Source of the DNA: a virus
Length of the DNA: 64,000 nt
IMG/VR virus record: IMGVR_UViG_3300037851_000359
Location: 72,759 to 136,758 of that record
Strand: one strand, 5' to 3'
The notes below the pieces were generated by a model that saw nothing but the letters and a program-made list of their open reading frames with translations, was not told where the DNA came from and did no database searches. The position numbers and the translations under genes were made by a program. Positions within the stretch are counted from its first letter, which is position 1. Each line of letters starts with the position of its first letter. Below, in pieces: positions 30,125 to 37,977 of the stretch.

Positions 30125-30637
30125 TTATAATAATTTATAATAAGATAATCCAATACAAATAGCGTCAGCAATGCCATTATGGGCAACAGAAGATCGTTTT
30201 GAAGCAATCAAATTAGCTGATGGATAATTATCTTGACAAAATTGAATAGTTCCCGTTTTTTCCGTATGATCATATTTTTCACCAAGAATAAGTTTTTTCC
30301 AGGTTTGCGGTGATACTTCTTTATAAGGAATATCTAATGCTTGTAATACCCCTTCAACTATTCCAACCCCCTTTCCAAAGTTAAACATTGATACAGTACC
30401 TTGATCTGGTCTTGCTGATACTAATTCAAAAATGGCATATTCAACATTATTTTCGGTTAAATATCTACCTAATATAGATCCGTTTATTTTTTTCTGAATT
30501 TTTTTATTCTTTTTAATTTTTAAAATAGGCATTCTAAAACAATCTATTATTTTTTGGTTTTCTATTAAGGCAACTCCACCAGAAAACCCAGGATCAATAC
30601 CAACTATTCTCACAAAGTCCTTTCTAATTTTGGCCAA
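30125..30637 (-). CDS. ruvC: RuvC-like Holliday junction resolvase
   Basis: IVGIDPG, FELV, FNFGKGVG, VSPQTWKK, ADAICIG. Confidence 0.88.
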   Translation of the reverse strand: MAKIRKDFVRIVGIDPGFSGGVALIENQKIIDCFRMPILKIKKNKKIQKKINGSILGRYLTENNVEYAIFELVSARPDQGTVSMFNFGKGVGIVEGVLQALDIPYKEVSPQTWKKLILGEKYDHTEKTGTIQFCQDNYPSANLIASKRSSVAHNGIADAICIGLSYYKLL

Positions 30638-31191
30638 AGTTTTTCAGGAATTGATTTATCAAAAATTATCAATAATTCATTCGGATCAGTTTTTAAACTT
30701 TTTTCATCAAAATATTTAAATGTTTTTGATTTTTCATTATAATTAAAGGGTATTCCAATTTTTGGTAATAATCTTATCCAATGATTAAATGCATTTCCAT
30801 AAAAAGTATCATCTGATAAGATTATTTTAAAATGTTTTAAAGCATACTTATATAACATTTCAGCAAACCCTTTATTTCGATACCGGGTATCAGTCGCTAT
30901 TCGTCTCAATTGAAATACTTTATCAACATTTAAATTTAAATCTGTTCCATCAATAATTTCAAAATCTGCCGCACAAACAATTAAATCATTTTTTAATATA
31001 GCAATTTGTTTAAAAGTATCAGCAAATGGCCCATACGTTACTACAATATTATAACCGTCTTGGGAATCTATCTTTTTATATTCATCTATTAAAATGTCGG
31101 ACGGTTGCCAATCTTTAACTAAATCACCATCATCATCGGTATAAGTCATTAATTTAACATCTTCTTTTAAACAATATTTTTTTAAATTCAT
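30610..31191 (-). CDS. GNAT-family acetyltransferase
   Basis: Acetyl-CoA motif A in LRRIATDTRYRNKGFAEMLY; N-terminus MNLKKYCLKE. Confidence 0.75.
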   Translation of the reverse strand: MNLKKYCLKEDVKLMTYTDDDGDLVKDWQPSDILIDEYKKIDSQDGYNIVVTYGPFADTFKQIAILKNDLIVCAADFEIIDGTDLNLNVDKVFQLRRIATDTRYRNKGFAEMLYKYALKHFKIILSDDTFYGNAFNHWIRLLPKIGIPFNYNEKSKTFKYFDEKSLKTDPNELLIIFDKSIPEKLWPKLERTL

Positions 31192-31586
31192 ACAATTCCC
31201 ATTTTTTGAAAAATTTTATGATTTTCAAATGATTCTTTTATATATTGTAATTTTTCTGGGGGGAAATAATTTTTTTTAATCATTTTTTTATCATCAGTAA
31301 AAAAGTATTGGTGTCTACAATTAATAATATGTTTATCAGGAATAATTTTATAATAAGTTAATAATTTTTTTAATTCCTCTTCGATCACCAAATAATATTC
31401 ATTATATAAGGTTTGAATAAGGATTTTATAAGAATATAAGATAGGATTTAATTCAATATCATTAATACATAATATGTCAAATATATAATCTATATCATCA
31501 AGAGTTAAAATATTATTTATTTCTTTGCGTTTTTCATAGGATATAATTTTTAATTTTTCATCTAACTTATTAACCATCAATGACAT
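31188..31586 (-). CDS. hypothetical protein
   Basis: ORF with an AAGGA RBS; TATAAATA at 31630-31637. Confidence 0.55.
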   Translation of the reverse strand: MSLMVNKLDEKLKIISYEKRKEINNILTLDDIDYIFDILCINDIELNPILYSYKILIQTLYNEYYLVIEEELKKLLTYYKIIPDKHIINCRHQYFFTDDKKMIKKNYFPPEKLQYIKESFENHKIFQKMGIV

Positions 31587-31663
31587 AAATTATCCTTATT
31601 AGAATAAATTGTTTAAAGTTATTATATAATATTTATATAAATTTTAAATAACAGGAGGCTCTT

Positions 31664-32170
31664 ATGTATACCGAACAAGAATTAGCAAAATATGAAAATA
31701 AAGATATGGTTAAAAATTATGTAGAAAAGATGGGGGAATTATCAAAGAAATTACATGCTAAATTTGCTGATCATAGACAATTTATAGAAAATTTATTAAA
31801 TCCTATTGAACGATCAAATATTATTGGGGAATCTAATAAGAATATTGATTTTTATCATAAAATCAATACCAGATTAGCAGAAGAACGTATTAAATTACAC
31901 GAATATAAAGATAAATCCACTGAAATTGAAAGTCAAATATACGATTATTTTAAAAATCATTCTGATATAAGTTCACAATTAAAATCCGAAACAGCAATAA
32001 CACATTATGTAGAAGGGCATCCTTGCCATAGAGCTATAAATAATATCGTCGTAATACAACAAACTCTTGTCCAATATTTAGAAACTGCCTTAAATTCAGT
32101 AAGGGATAGAGGTTATGCAATTAAAAATATTATTGAAGCTATTAAGATTGAGTTGGGAATAACTTCATGA
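31664..32170 (+). CDS. uvsY: recombination mediator UvsY-like protein
   Basis: Helical protein ending YLETALNSVRDRGYAIKNIIE; adjacent to uvsW. Confidence 0.7.
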   Translation: MYTEQELAKYENKDMVKNYVEKMGELSKKLHAKFADHRQFIENLLNPIERSNIIGESNKNIDFYHKINTRLAEERIKLHEYKDKSTEIESQIYDYFKNHSDISSQLKSETAITHYVEGHPCHRAINNIVVIQQTLVQYLETALNSVRDRGYAIKNIIEAIKIELGITS

Positions 32171-33618
32171 ATTATTGGGTTAAGATAGAAAAAATTAATA
32201 ACATTAACGCAATATTAAAAACTAATTATCCTTCATTAATAGAAATGTTATATAATTATTTATCAGCATATGCTAATAACTATAAATTTATGCCAAAATA
32301 TAAAATGAAAATTTGGGATGGTAAAATTTATTTTTTTAATAAAATGGGGGTATTTCCTATTGGACTGTTAAAATATGTTTATAAATTTTTAGAGTCAGAA
32401 CCAAATTTATCAATTGAAATTGACCCACTGTTATTAAAAACCGAAGATTCATTTGAAGATTTTGAAGATATAACGGAATTGTGGCTTAATAAAGAAATAA
32501 TACCAAGACCCTATCAAATAGATGGAGCATTAAAAGGATTAATTTACAAAAGATGCACCTTAGAACATGCTACAGCATCCGGCAAATCGTTAACCATTGC
32601 AATGATAATTATGTATCATTACATTAAAAAACTTCATCAAAAATTTGTTGTTCTTGTTCCAAATGTAAGTTTAGTACACCAAATGTTTAATGACTTTATA
32701 TCATATGGGGTTCCTACTGATATTATCGGAAAGTTTTATGAAGAACAACGTGATACTGATAAATGTATTACTATTTCAACTTGGCAATCCTTGCAAGATT
32801 TTCCAGATTTCGCAAAAAATTTCGATTTTTTTATATGCGATGAAGTTCATCAAATAAAAGGAAATACTGTTAAAACTGTAGCTAATAGCATAATTAATGC
32901 AGATTATAGAATCGGTTTAACTGGATCAATGCCTGACAATAAAGCGGATTGTTGGTCAATTGAAGGCGCAATCGGAACCGTTGTCGATATTGTAAAATTA
33001 AAACAATTACAAGAAGGTAAATATATATCAGATATTGTTATCAATATTATTTATTTACTCCATAAGCAAGATATTCTGGACAAATTAAAATTAGTTACGG
33101 ATTTCAAATTAGAACAAGATTTTCTTGAACAATATCAACCAAGAAATAAAGTTATTAAATTTATCACGGAAAAACATATTCAAAAAAATCATAATGTATT
33201 GGTGTTAGCAGAACATAAAGACCATATTAAAGAACTTTATAATTTAATATCACAAATAAAAGATGCACAAGTATTTGTAGTTACTGGAGATATGGATTCA
33301 ATAGAACGAGAAAAAACAAGACAATATGTTAATAATAATAAAAATTGTGTAATAATTGCAACTCTTGGTGTATTTTCTACTGGTATTTCAATTAATAGAC
33401 TACATACAGTTATTTTTACCGTTATAGGAAAATCAAAAATAAGAATTTTGCAATCAATTGGTCGCGGATTAAGATTGCATAAAGAAAAAAAACATCTTTT
33501 CTTGTATGATATTGCTGATGACACCCATTTTTCTAAAACACATCTTAAAGAAAGAATTAAATTATACATAAATGCGGAGTTTGATATTAAAACCACAGAA
33601 ATTAATTTGGATAAATAA
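32167..33618 (+). CDS. uvsW: SF2 DNA helicase UvsW
   Basis: FMPKYKMKIWDGKI, PRPYQ, ATASGKS, DEVH, GLTGS, STGISI, QSIGRGLR. Confidence 0.95.
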   Translation: MNYWVKIEKINNINAILKTNYPSLIEMLYNYLSAYANNYKFMPKYKMKIWDGKIYFFNKMGVFPIGLLKYVYKFLESEPNLSIEIDPLLLKTEDSFEDFEDITELWLNKEIIPRPYQIDGALKGLIYKRCTLEHATASGKSLTIAMIIMYHYIKKLHQKFVVLVPNVSLVHQMFNDFISYGVPTDIIGKFYEEQRDTDKCITISTWQSLQDFPDFAKNFDFFICDEVHQIKGNTVKTVANSIINADYRIGLTGSMPDNKADCWSIEGAIGTVVDIVKLKQLQEGKYISDIVINIIYLLHKQDILDKLKLVTDFKLEQDFLEQYQPRNKVIKFITEKHIQKNHNVLVLAEHKDHIKELYNLISQIKDAQVFVVTGDMDSIEREKTRQYVNNNKNCVIIATLGVFSTGISINRLHTVIFTVIGKSKIRILQSIGRGLRLHKEKKHLFLYDIADDTHFSKTHLKERIKLYINAEFDIKTTEINLDK

Positions 33619-33620
33619 AC

Positions 33621-35525
33621 ATGGCAATTTTTAAAAATACAACCAATTCTAATATATATGTTTCTATTAATGGAACTAGAAAAGAAATAGCACCAGGAAA
33701 AACGGTATACGGACCAGATTCATTATCATCTATTCAAGGATTAACTCTCTTAAATACAGCAAAACCAACAAAAATTTTAGGACCAATTAATCAAAATTTA
33801 TCAGTTGCTAATCCAAAGTCTCCAGATAATTTAAATAATCTAATTTCAAATTATAAATCTTCTCAGCAATCAAACTTTTCCCAACAAATAAATGAAACTA
33901 TTGATTATTTAACAAAAATAAAAAATATTGGTCATAATCCTTCAGTGTCTATCGCAATATTAACAAAAGATAAATATGATCTTATTAAAAATTGTATTTT
34001 TTCAATTATCGAAAAAGTTAAATATCGTCCAATAACAATTTGTGTGTGTGATACAGGATCTTCAGAACAAAAAGTTCTTGACTTATATAAATCATTACCA
34101 GAAACATTATCACATAATAATATTTCATATAAATTTATTCAGTTACCATATTATCAATTTAGTGAAAATTATAATACTATTTCAGAATATATTGATACCG
34201 ATTATTTTTTAATACAAAATAATGATACCGTTGCAATTAATGATTATATTACCGAAATGATGAATATTGCTATGATTCCCCACGTTGGATCTGTTGGATG
34301 TAGAATGTTTTATCCAGATGGAAGAATACAACATGACGGTCAATTTATATTTCAGCCAAATGGTTTTCATATGACTGCGACAGCAGGGCATCTTAACCTT
34401 ACTGTTAGACCTGATCAATTACCAAATAAAGAACATGAAATAAAATTAGTGGATGGTAATACTGCCGCAGGATGCTTAATAAGAACAGAAGATTACAAAA
34501 AACTTAAAGGATTTGATACTAAATTTAAAGATATTTTTCAAGATGTTGATTTAATGATTAGAATACCACAAGTATTAAATAAATTTAATTATTGTAATAG
34601 ACAATCTCATATTATTCATTTAGATAATGCTTCAAGAGTTGCAAATAGTAAAATTGATCCTAAAAGATTGCAACAAATGAGAGAAGATACATTATATTTA
34701 AAACATAAATGCGATACATTTAATTGGAAAAAGAAAATTCCTGAACAAGTAGATTTTAGTATTATTACAACAGTTTATAATTTAGATAATTATAAAGATT
34801 TATTAAAATCTTTAGAAAATCAAAATGGAAATCATACTATTGAAATTATTCCAATTCCAAATTTTTATAACCATTTCGATAATATGTATAAAGCTCTTAA
34901 TTGTGGAATTGAAGTAAGTAATGGAAAACAATTAATATTTGCACATGATGATATTGTGGTATCACCAGAATTTTTAAATCAAATTAAATATAATATACAA
35001 TTATTAAATAATGCTAATATACAATATGGAGTATTGGGACCAGCAGGAGTATTATTAGATCAACATAAATTTTCATATTATTTATTAGATGAGAATTTAA
35101 ACAAAATTGAAATCCCTGGAAATAATATTAATAATACTTCTTTAAATGAAGTTCATTCTTTAGATGAAATGTGTCTTATAATTAATAAATATTCAGGATT
35201 AAAATTTAATGATAGACAATTATCTGGATTCCATTTTTATGGAATAAATTTATGTCTTAATGCTAAATTACATGGATTGAGAAATTATTCAATTAATTGT
35301 TTTTGTCATCATAAATCAGATGGTAATAAAAATTTAAATTCTAAAGAAAAATTTGAATCATTTGTAGACCAAGCCTTAAAATTTACACATTTTGCAAAAA
35401 ATATTGGAGTTACCAATTGGAGGTCTACTACGACACATTGTACAAAAGGACATTTAGTTATTTATGCTATTCCTCCTATTATTAAAGAATCTCTTAATAA
35501 AGATACCTTGGTTATAAAAATATAG
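33621..35525 (+). CDS. two-domain GT2/GT-A glycosyltransferase
   Basis: Domain 1: VCDTGS, QNNDT, TAAGCLIR, GFD...QDVDL. Domain 2: FSIIT, LNCG, FAHDD, SLDEMCL, FHFYG. Confidence 0.88.
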   Translation: MAIFKNTTNSNIYVSINGTRKEIAPGKTVYGPDSLSSIQGLTLLNTAKPTKILGPINQNLSVANPKSPDNLNNLISNYKSSQQSNFSQQINETIDYLTKIKNIGHNPSVSIAILTKDKYDLIKNCIFSIIEKVKYRPITICVCDTGSSEQKVLDLYKSLPETLSHNNISYKFIQLPYYQFSENYNTISEYIDTDYFLIQNNDTVAINDYITEMMNIAMIPHVGSVGCRMFYPDGRIQHDGQFIFQPNGFHMTATAGHLNLTVRPDQLPNKEHEIKLVDGNTAAGCLIRTEDYKKLKGFDTKFKDIFQDVDLMIRIPQVLNKFNYCNRQSHIIHLDNASRVANSKIDPKRLQQMREDTLYLKHKCDTFNWKKKIPEQVDFSIITTVYNLDNYKDLLKSLENQNGNHTIEIIPIPNFYNHFDNMYKALNCGIEVSNGKQLIFAHDDIVVSPEFLNQIKYNIQLLNNANIQYGVLGPAGVLLDQHKFSYYLLDENLNKIEIPGNNINNTSLNEVHSLDEMCLIINKYSGLKFNDRQLSGFHFYGINLCLNAKLHGLRNYSINCFCHHKSDGNKNLNSKEKFESFVDQALKFTHFAKNIGVTNWRSTTTHCTKGHLVIYAIPPIIKESLNKDTLVIKI

Positions 35526-35553
35526 TTGATTTTTTAAAAAGGTTCGCTATAAT
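35526..35553 (+). promoter_or_regulatory. sigma70-like promoter, TTGATT-N16-TATAAT, pointing into a non-coding region
   Basis: Read directly; no sizeable + strand ORF follows. Confidence 0.55.
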
Positions 35554-35559
35554 CAAAAA

Positions 35560-35800
35560 AGACCTTGATGCTTAGGTCTATAAAGTCAGCATCAAACCCT
35601 TTTTTATAGGCATTCCTCTTGACGCTTATAAAAATTGTACAAGGTAGGTTTCCTAATTCCTTCCTTAGTGTGTTAAACACTTAAAATAGTCTGGAAGCAG
35701 GATTAAGAATATTAGGAGGGGGCTATAAGAGTTACTAATTATCTCTTATAGTTTTAGCGTCTACAGTCCAGGTGCAATTCCTTGGCAGGGGATAGACGAC
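35560..35800 (+). ncRNA. candidate structured non-coding RNA (unclassified)
   Basis: Consecutive stems TTGATGCT/AGCATCAA, TTTTTATAGGC/GCTTATAAAAA (G-U), TCCTAAT/ATTAGGA with nested stems, GCTATAAGA/TCTTATAGT, and CGTCTA/TAGACG enclosing a T-loop-like AGGTGCAATTCCT. Confidence 0.4.
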
Positions 35801-35860
35801 AAATTAGAAAACTTATTATTTTTATACCCTCATTTGGGGGTTAGGGGGGTATTGTTTATA

Positions 35861-36017
35861 TTATTGAAATTATTATTAATTATTGAAATTATTATTAATT
35901 ATTGAAATTATTATTAATTATTGAAATTATTATTAATTATTGAAATTATTATTAATTATTGAAATTATTATTAATTATTGAAATTATTATTAATTATTGA
36001 AATTATTATTAATTATT
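35861..36017. repeat. perfect tandem repeat, 8 copies of 19-bp TTATTGAAATTATTATTAA plus a partial copy
   Basis: The G recurs every 19 nt at 35866, 35885 ... 35999. Confidence 0.97.
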
Positions 36018-36020
36018 TCT

Positions 36021-36099
36021 TAAAAATAAAATATTTAAATAACTTATGTAAAAATAAAATATTTAAATAACTTATGTAAAAATAAAATATTTAAATAAC
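36021..36099. repeat. tandem repeat, about 2.8 copies of 28-bp TAAAAATAAAATATTTAAATAACTTATG
   Basis: Copies start at 36021, 36049 and 36077. Confidence 0.95.
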
Positions 36100-36120
36100 A
36101 ACACTAAAATTAAGTTATAG

Positions 36121-36195
36121 GTCAAGGCGAAGAACGAAGTCGTAGCCTTGACAAGGTTTTTGGTAATGAAGCGTAGCGCAATGGACAAAAACCTT
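36121..36195. other. two abutting inverted repeats with GNA-type loop motifs
   Basis: GTCAAGGC..GCCTTGAC (36121-36152) and AAGGTTTTTG..CAAAAACCTT (36153-36195); the loops contain CGAAG/CGTAG and GCGTAGC. Confidence 0.8.
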
Positions 36196-36224
36196 AAACT
36201 ATTGAAAATAAAACATTTAAAGTA

Positions 36225-36800
36225 TCAAAAACTTCTTTTAGCAACAGAACCAACAGCAATTCCACCAAAAGTTCCAGTATTGACATGAGATAACTTTATA
36301 TCTTTAAAGGTTTCAGATTCCCAAGTTTTTCTTTCTTTAATATTAATTGGATTGATTTCATTTTGATTAAATATAAGAATATTTTCAAACCATGGAATTT
36401 CATTAAAATAATTTTTTAATATTTGAATTGAGTTATTATCAATAATTCCATTATTAGATAATATTAATTTATCATTTCCTTTTTTATTTCCATTTGGATG
36501 TGGAATCTGATTGGCATTATCTTTAATTTTAATAATTCCAATTAATTTTAAATCTTTTGAATATTTAGAATTAGGTTCTATTATGAAATCCCATCCCATA
36601 TTATCTGCGGGATTGATACAATTTGGAAATTCCCCATAATCAAATGGAATAACATTTGGATTATTCCATTTTTTAGTACTTCCTTTATATTCTTGAATAT
36701 TTATTTCAGGCATTTTAGAATTACATTGTTCGATAATTTCATTTAAATTATAGAATCTTTTTATTGATTCAGTTAAAAAATATTGTTTAAATGTTTTCAT
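36225..36800 (-). CDS. inorganic-pyrophosphatase-like protein with a T4-like capsid-targeting N-terminus
   Basis: IPFDYGEFPNCINPADNMGWDFII...LIGIIKIKD...NDKLIL parallels family I PPase motifs; starts MKTFKQYFLTE|S. Confidence 0.6.
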   Translation of the reverse strand: MKTFKQYFLTESIKRFYNLNEIIEQCNSKMPEINIQEYKGSTKKWNNPNVIPFDYGEFPNCINPADNMGWDFIIEPNSKYSKDLKLIGIIKIKDNANQIPHPNGNKKGNDKLILSNNGIIDNNSIQILKNYFNEIPWFENILIFNQNEINPINIKERKTWESETFKDIKLSHVNTGTFGGIAVGSVAKRSF

Positions 36801-37812
36801 TATTTTTTACCTTTTTAACAAATATTCTCATGTCTTTATATAATTGTTCTAAATCAAAATATAATTCATTCATTTCTTTTGTTGCATCTTCAATAGATTC
36901 AATAAATTCGTCATATGTTTGTTCTGGTAATCTCTCTGGATATATATCATAATTATCTTGTGGTATTTTATCATATATTTTTTTATAATCATCATATAAT
37001 TCAGGATCGTTTTTAATAATTTTAAAATTATTATTAATAAAATTCTCAACTTTTTCAAATAATTCTGATAATTCATCATAAGCCTGCATTAATTCATTTG
37101 TATATTCTTCAGATTCTTGTTCTTGTTCTCGTTTAAATTGAATATCATGATCCCTTGTATTTATTTCTAACATTTCATCATTATTATGTTGTGCATAATA
37201 ATCATTTATAGTATCAATTATTTCTTTTATTTCATTTAAATCATTTTGCGAATCAAATTCACCAATTGATATTGATTCCCATTTAATATTTTTTAATTTA
37301 ACAAATGATTCATCCCAATCTTTTTCACCTTTTCTTCTTTGTAGAGCATTTGGAATTTTTATGAATGAATTTTTATATGGTTCAATAGTTGAATAAATAT
37401 CAACATCGAAATAATATTCTAATTTTCCATAACCTTTTAATATAATAGCATTTTTATAATCCCATATAGTATTTAGAGATACAGATATTTCTTGATTATC
37501 TACATTATTTTCATATGGAAACAATAGATACGATAATACTTTTTCGAGATCATTTATTCTATTTAATGAAATCATATGCATAATTTCTGGAAATTTTCCA
37601 GTTTTTAATTTTGATTCTTTATTTTTTATTTGAGCATCATTATATGCTTTGATCATTTTTTGTTTTATGTCATTTTTTGATAATACTGATGAATCTTTAT
37701 TAACATTTATAGTTGTTTTTACTCTTTTTCGTAAATCTTTCTTTGATTCTTCTTGAAAAATATTCTTTAATCTCGTATCAAATGATTCAAAAATTTTTTG
37801 GAGGTTTTTCAT
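36787..37812 (-). CDS. putative internal virion protein with an ART-like domain and acidic helical C-terminus
   Basis: Late promoter at 37819-37826; MKNLQKIFE|S; domain paralogous to the one in 45260..46549. Confidence 0.55.
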   Translation of the reverse strand: MKNLQKIFESFDTRLKNIFQEESKKDLRKRVKTTINVNKDSSVLSKNDIKQKMIKAYNDAQIKNKESKLKTGKFPEIMHMISLNRINDLEKVLSYLLFPYENNVDNQEISVSLNTIWDYKNAIILKGYGKLEYYFDVDIYSTIEPYKNSFIKIPNALQRRKGEKDWDESFVKLKNIKWESISIGEFDSQNDLNEIKEIIDTINDYYAQHNNDEMLEINTRDHDIQFKREQEQESEEYTNELMQAYDELSELFEKVENFINNNFKIIKNDPELYDDYKKIYDKIPQDNYDIYPERLPEQTYDEFIESIEDATKEMNELYFDLEQLYKDMRIFVKKVKNNENI

Positions 37813-37848
37813 AATAGTTATTTATATTATTTTGATTATTTTTGCCTA

Positions 37849-37876
37849 TTGCAATAAATAAAAATCGTCCTATAAT
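37849..37876 (+). promoter_or_regulatory. sigma70-like promoter, TTGCAA-N16-TATAAT, upstream of nrdJ
   Basis: Read directly. Confidence 0.55.
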
Positions 37877-37977
37877 AAAAAACTATGTCAAAAATCACTA
37901 AAAATAAAAATCATTCAAAACTAATCTAAAACAAACATAAATAAACTCACCACCATTTTTTAAAAAAAGGATAACTA

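Noticed and set aside
35755-35800. tRNA or cobalamin riboswitch, suggested by GGTGCAATTCC and a B12-dependent NrdJ nearby
   Set aside because: I could not build a cloverleaf (no D or anticodon arm, no acceptor stem). The GGGAA and B12-box elements are missing, and the site is more than 2 kb from nrdJ with opposite-strand genes between.
35861-36099. Possible CRISPR array
   Set aside because: The units are head-to-tail identical repeats with no unique spacers, and no cas genes are in the window.
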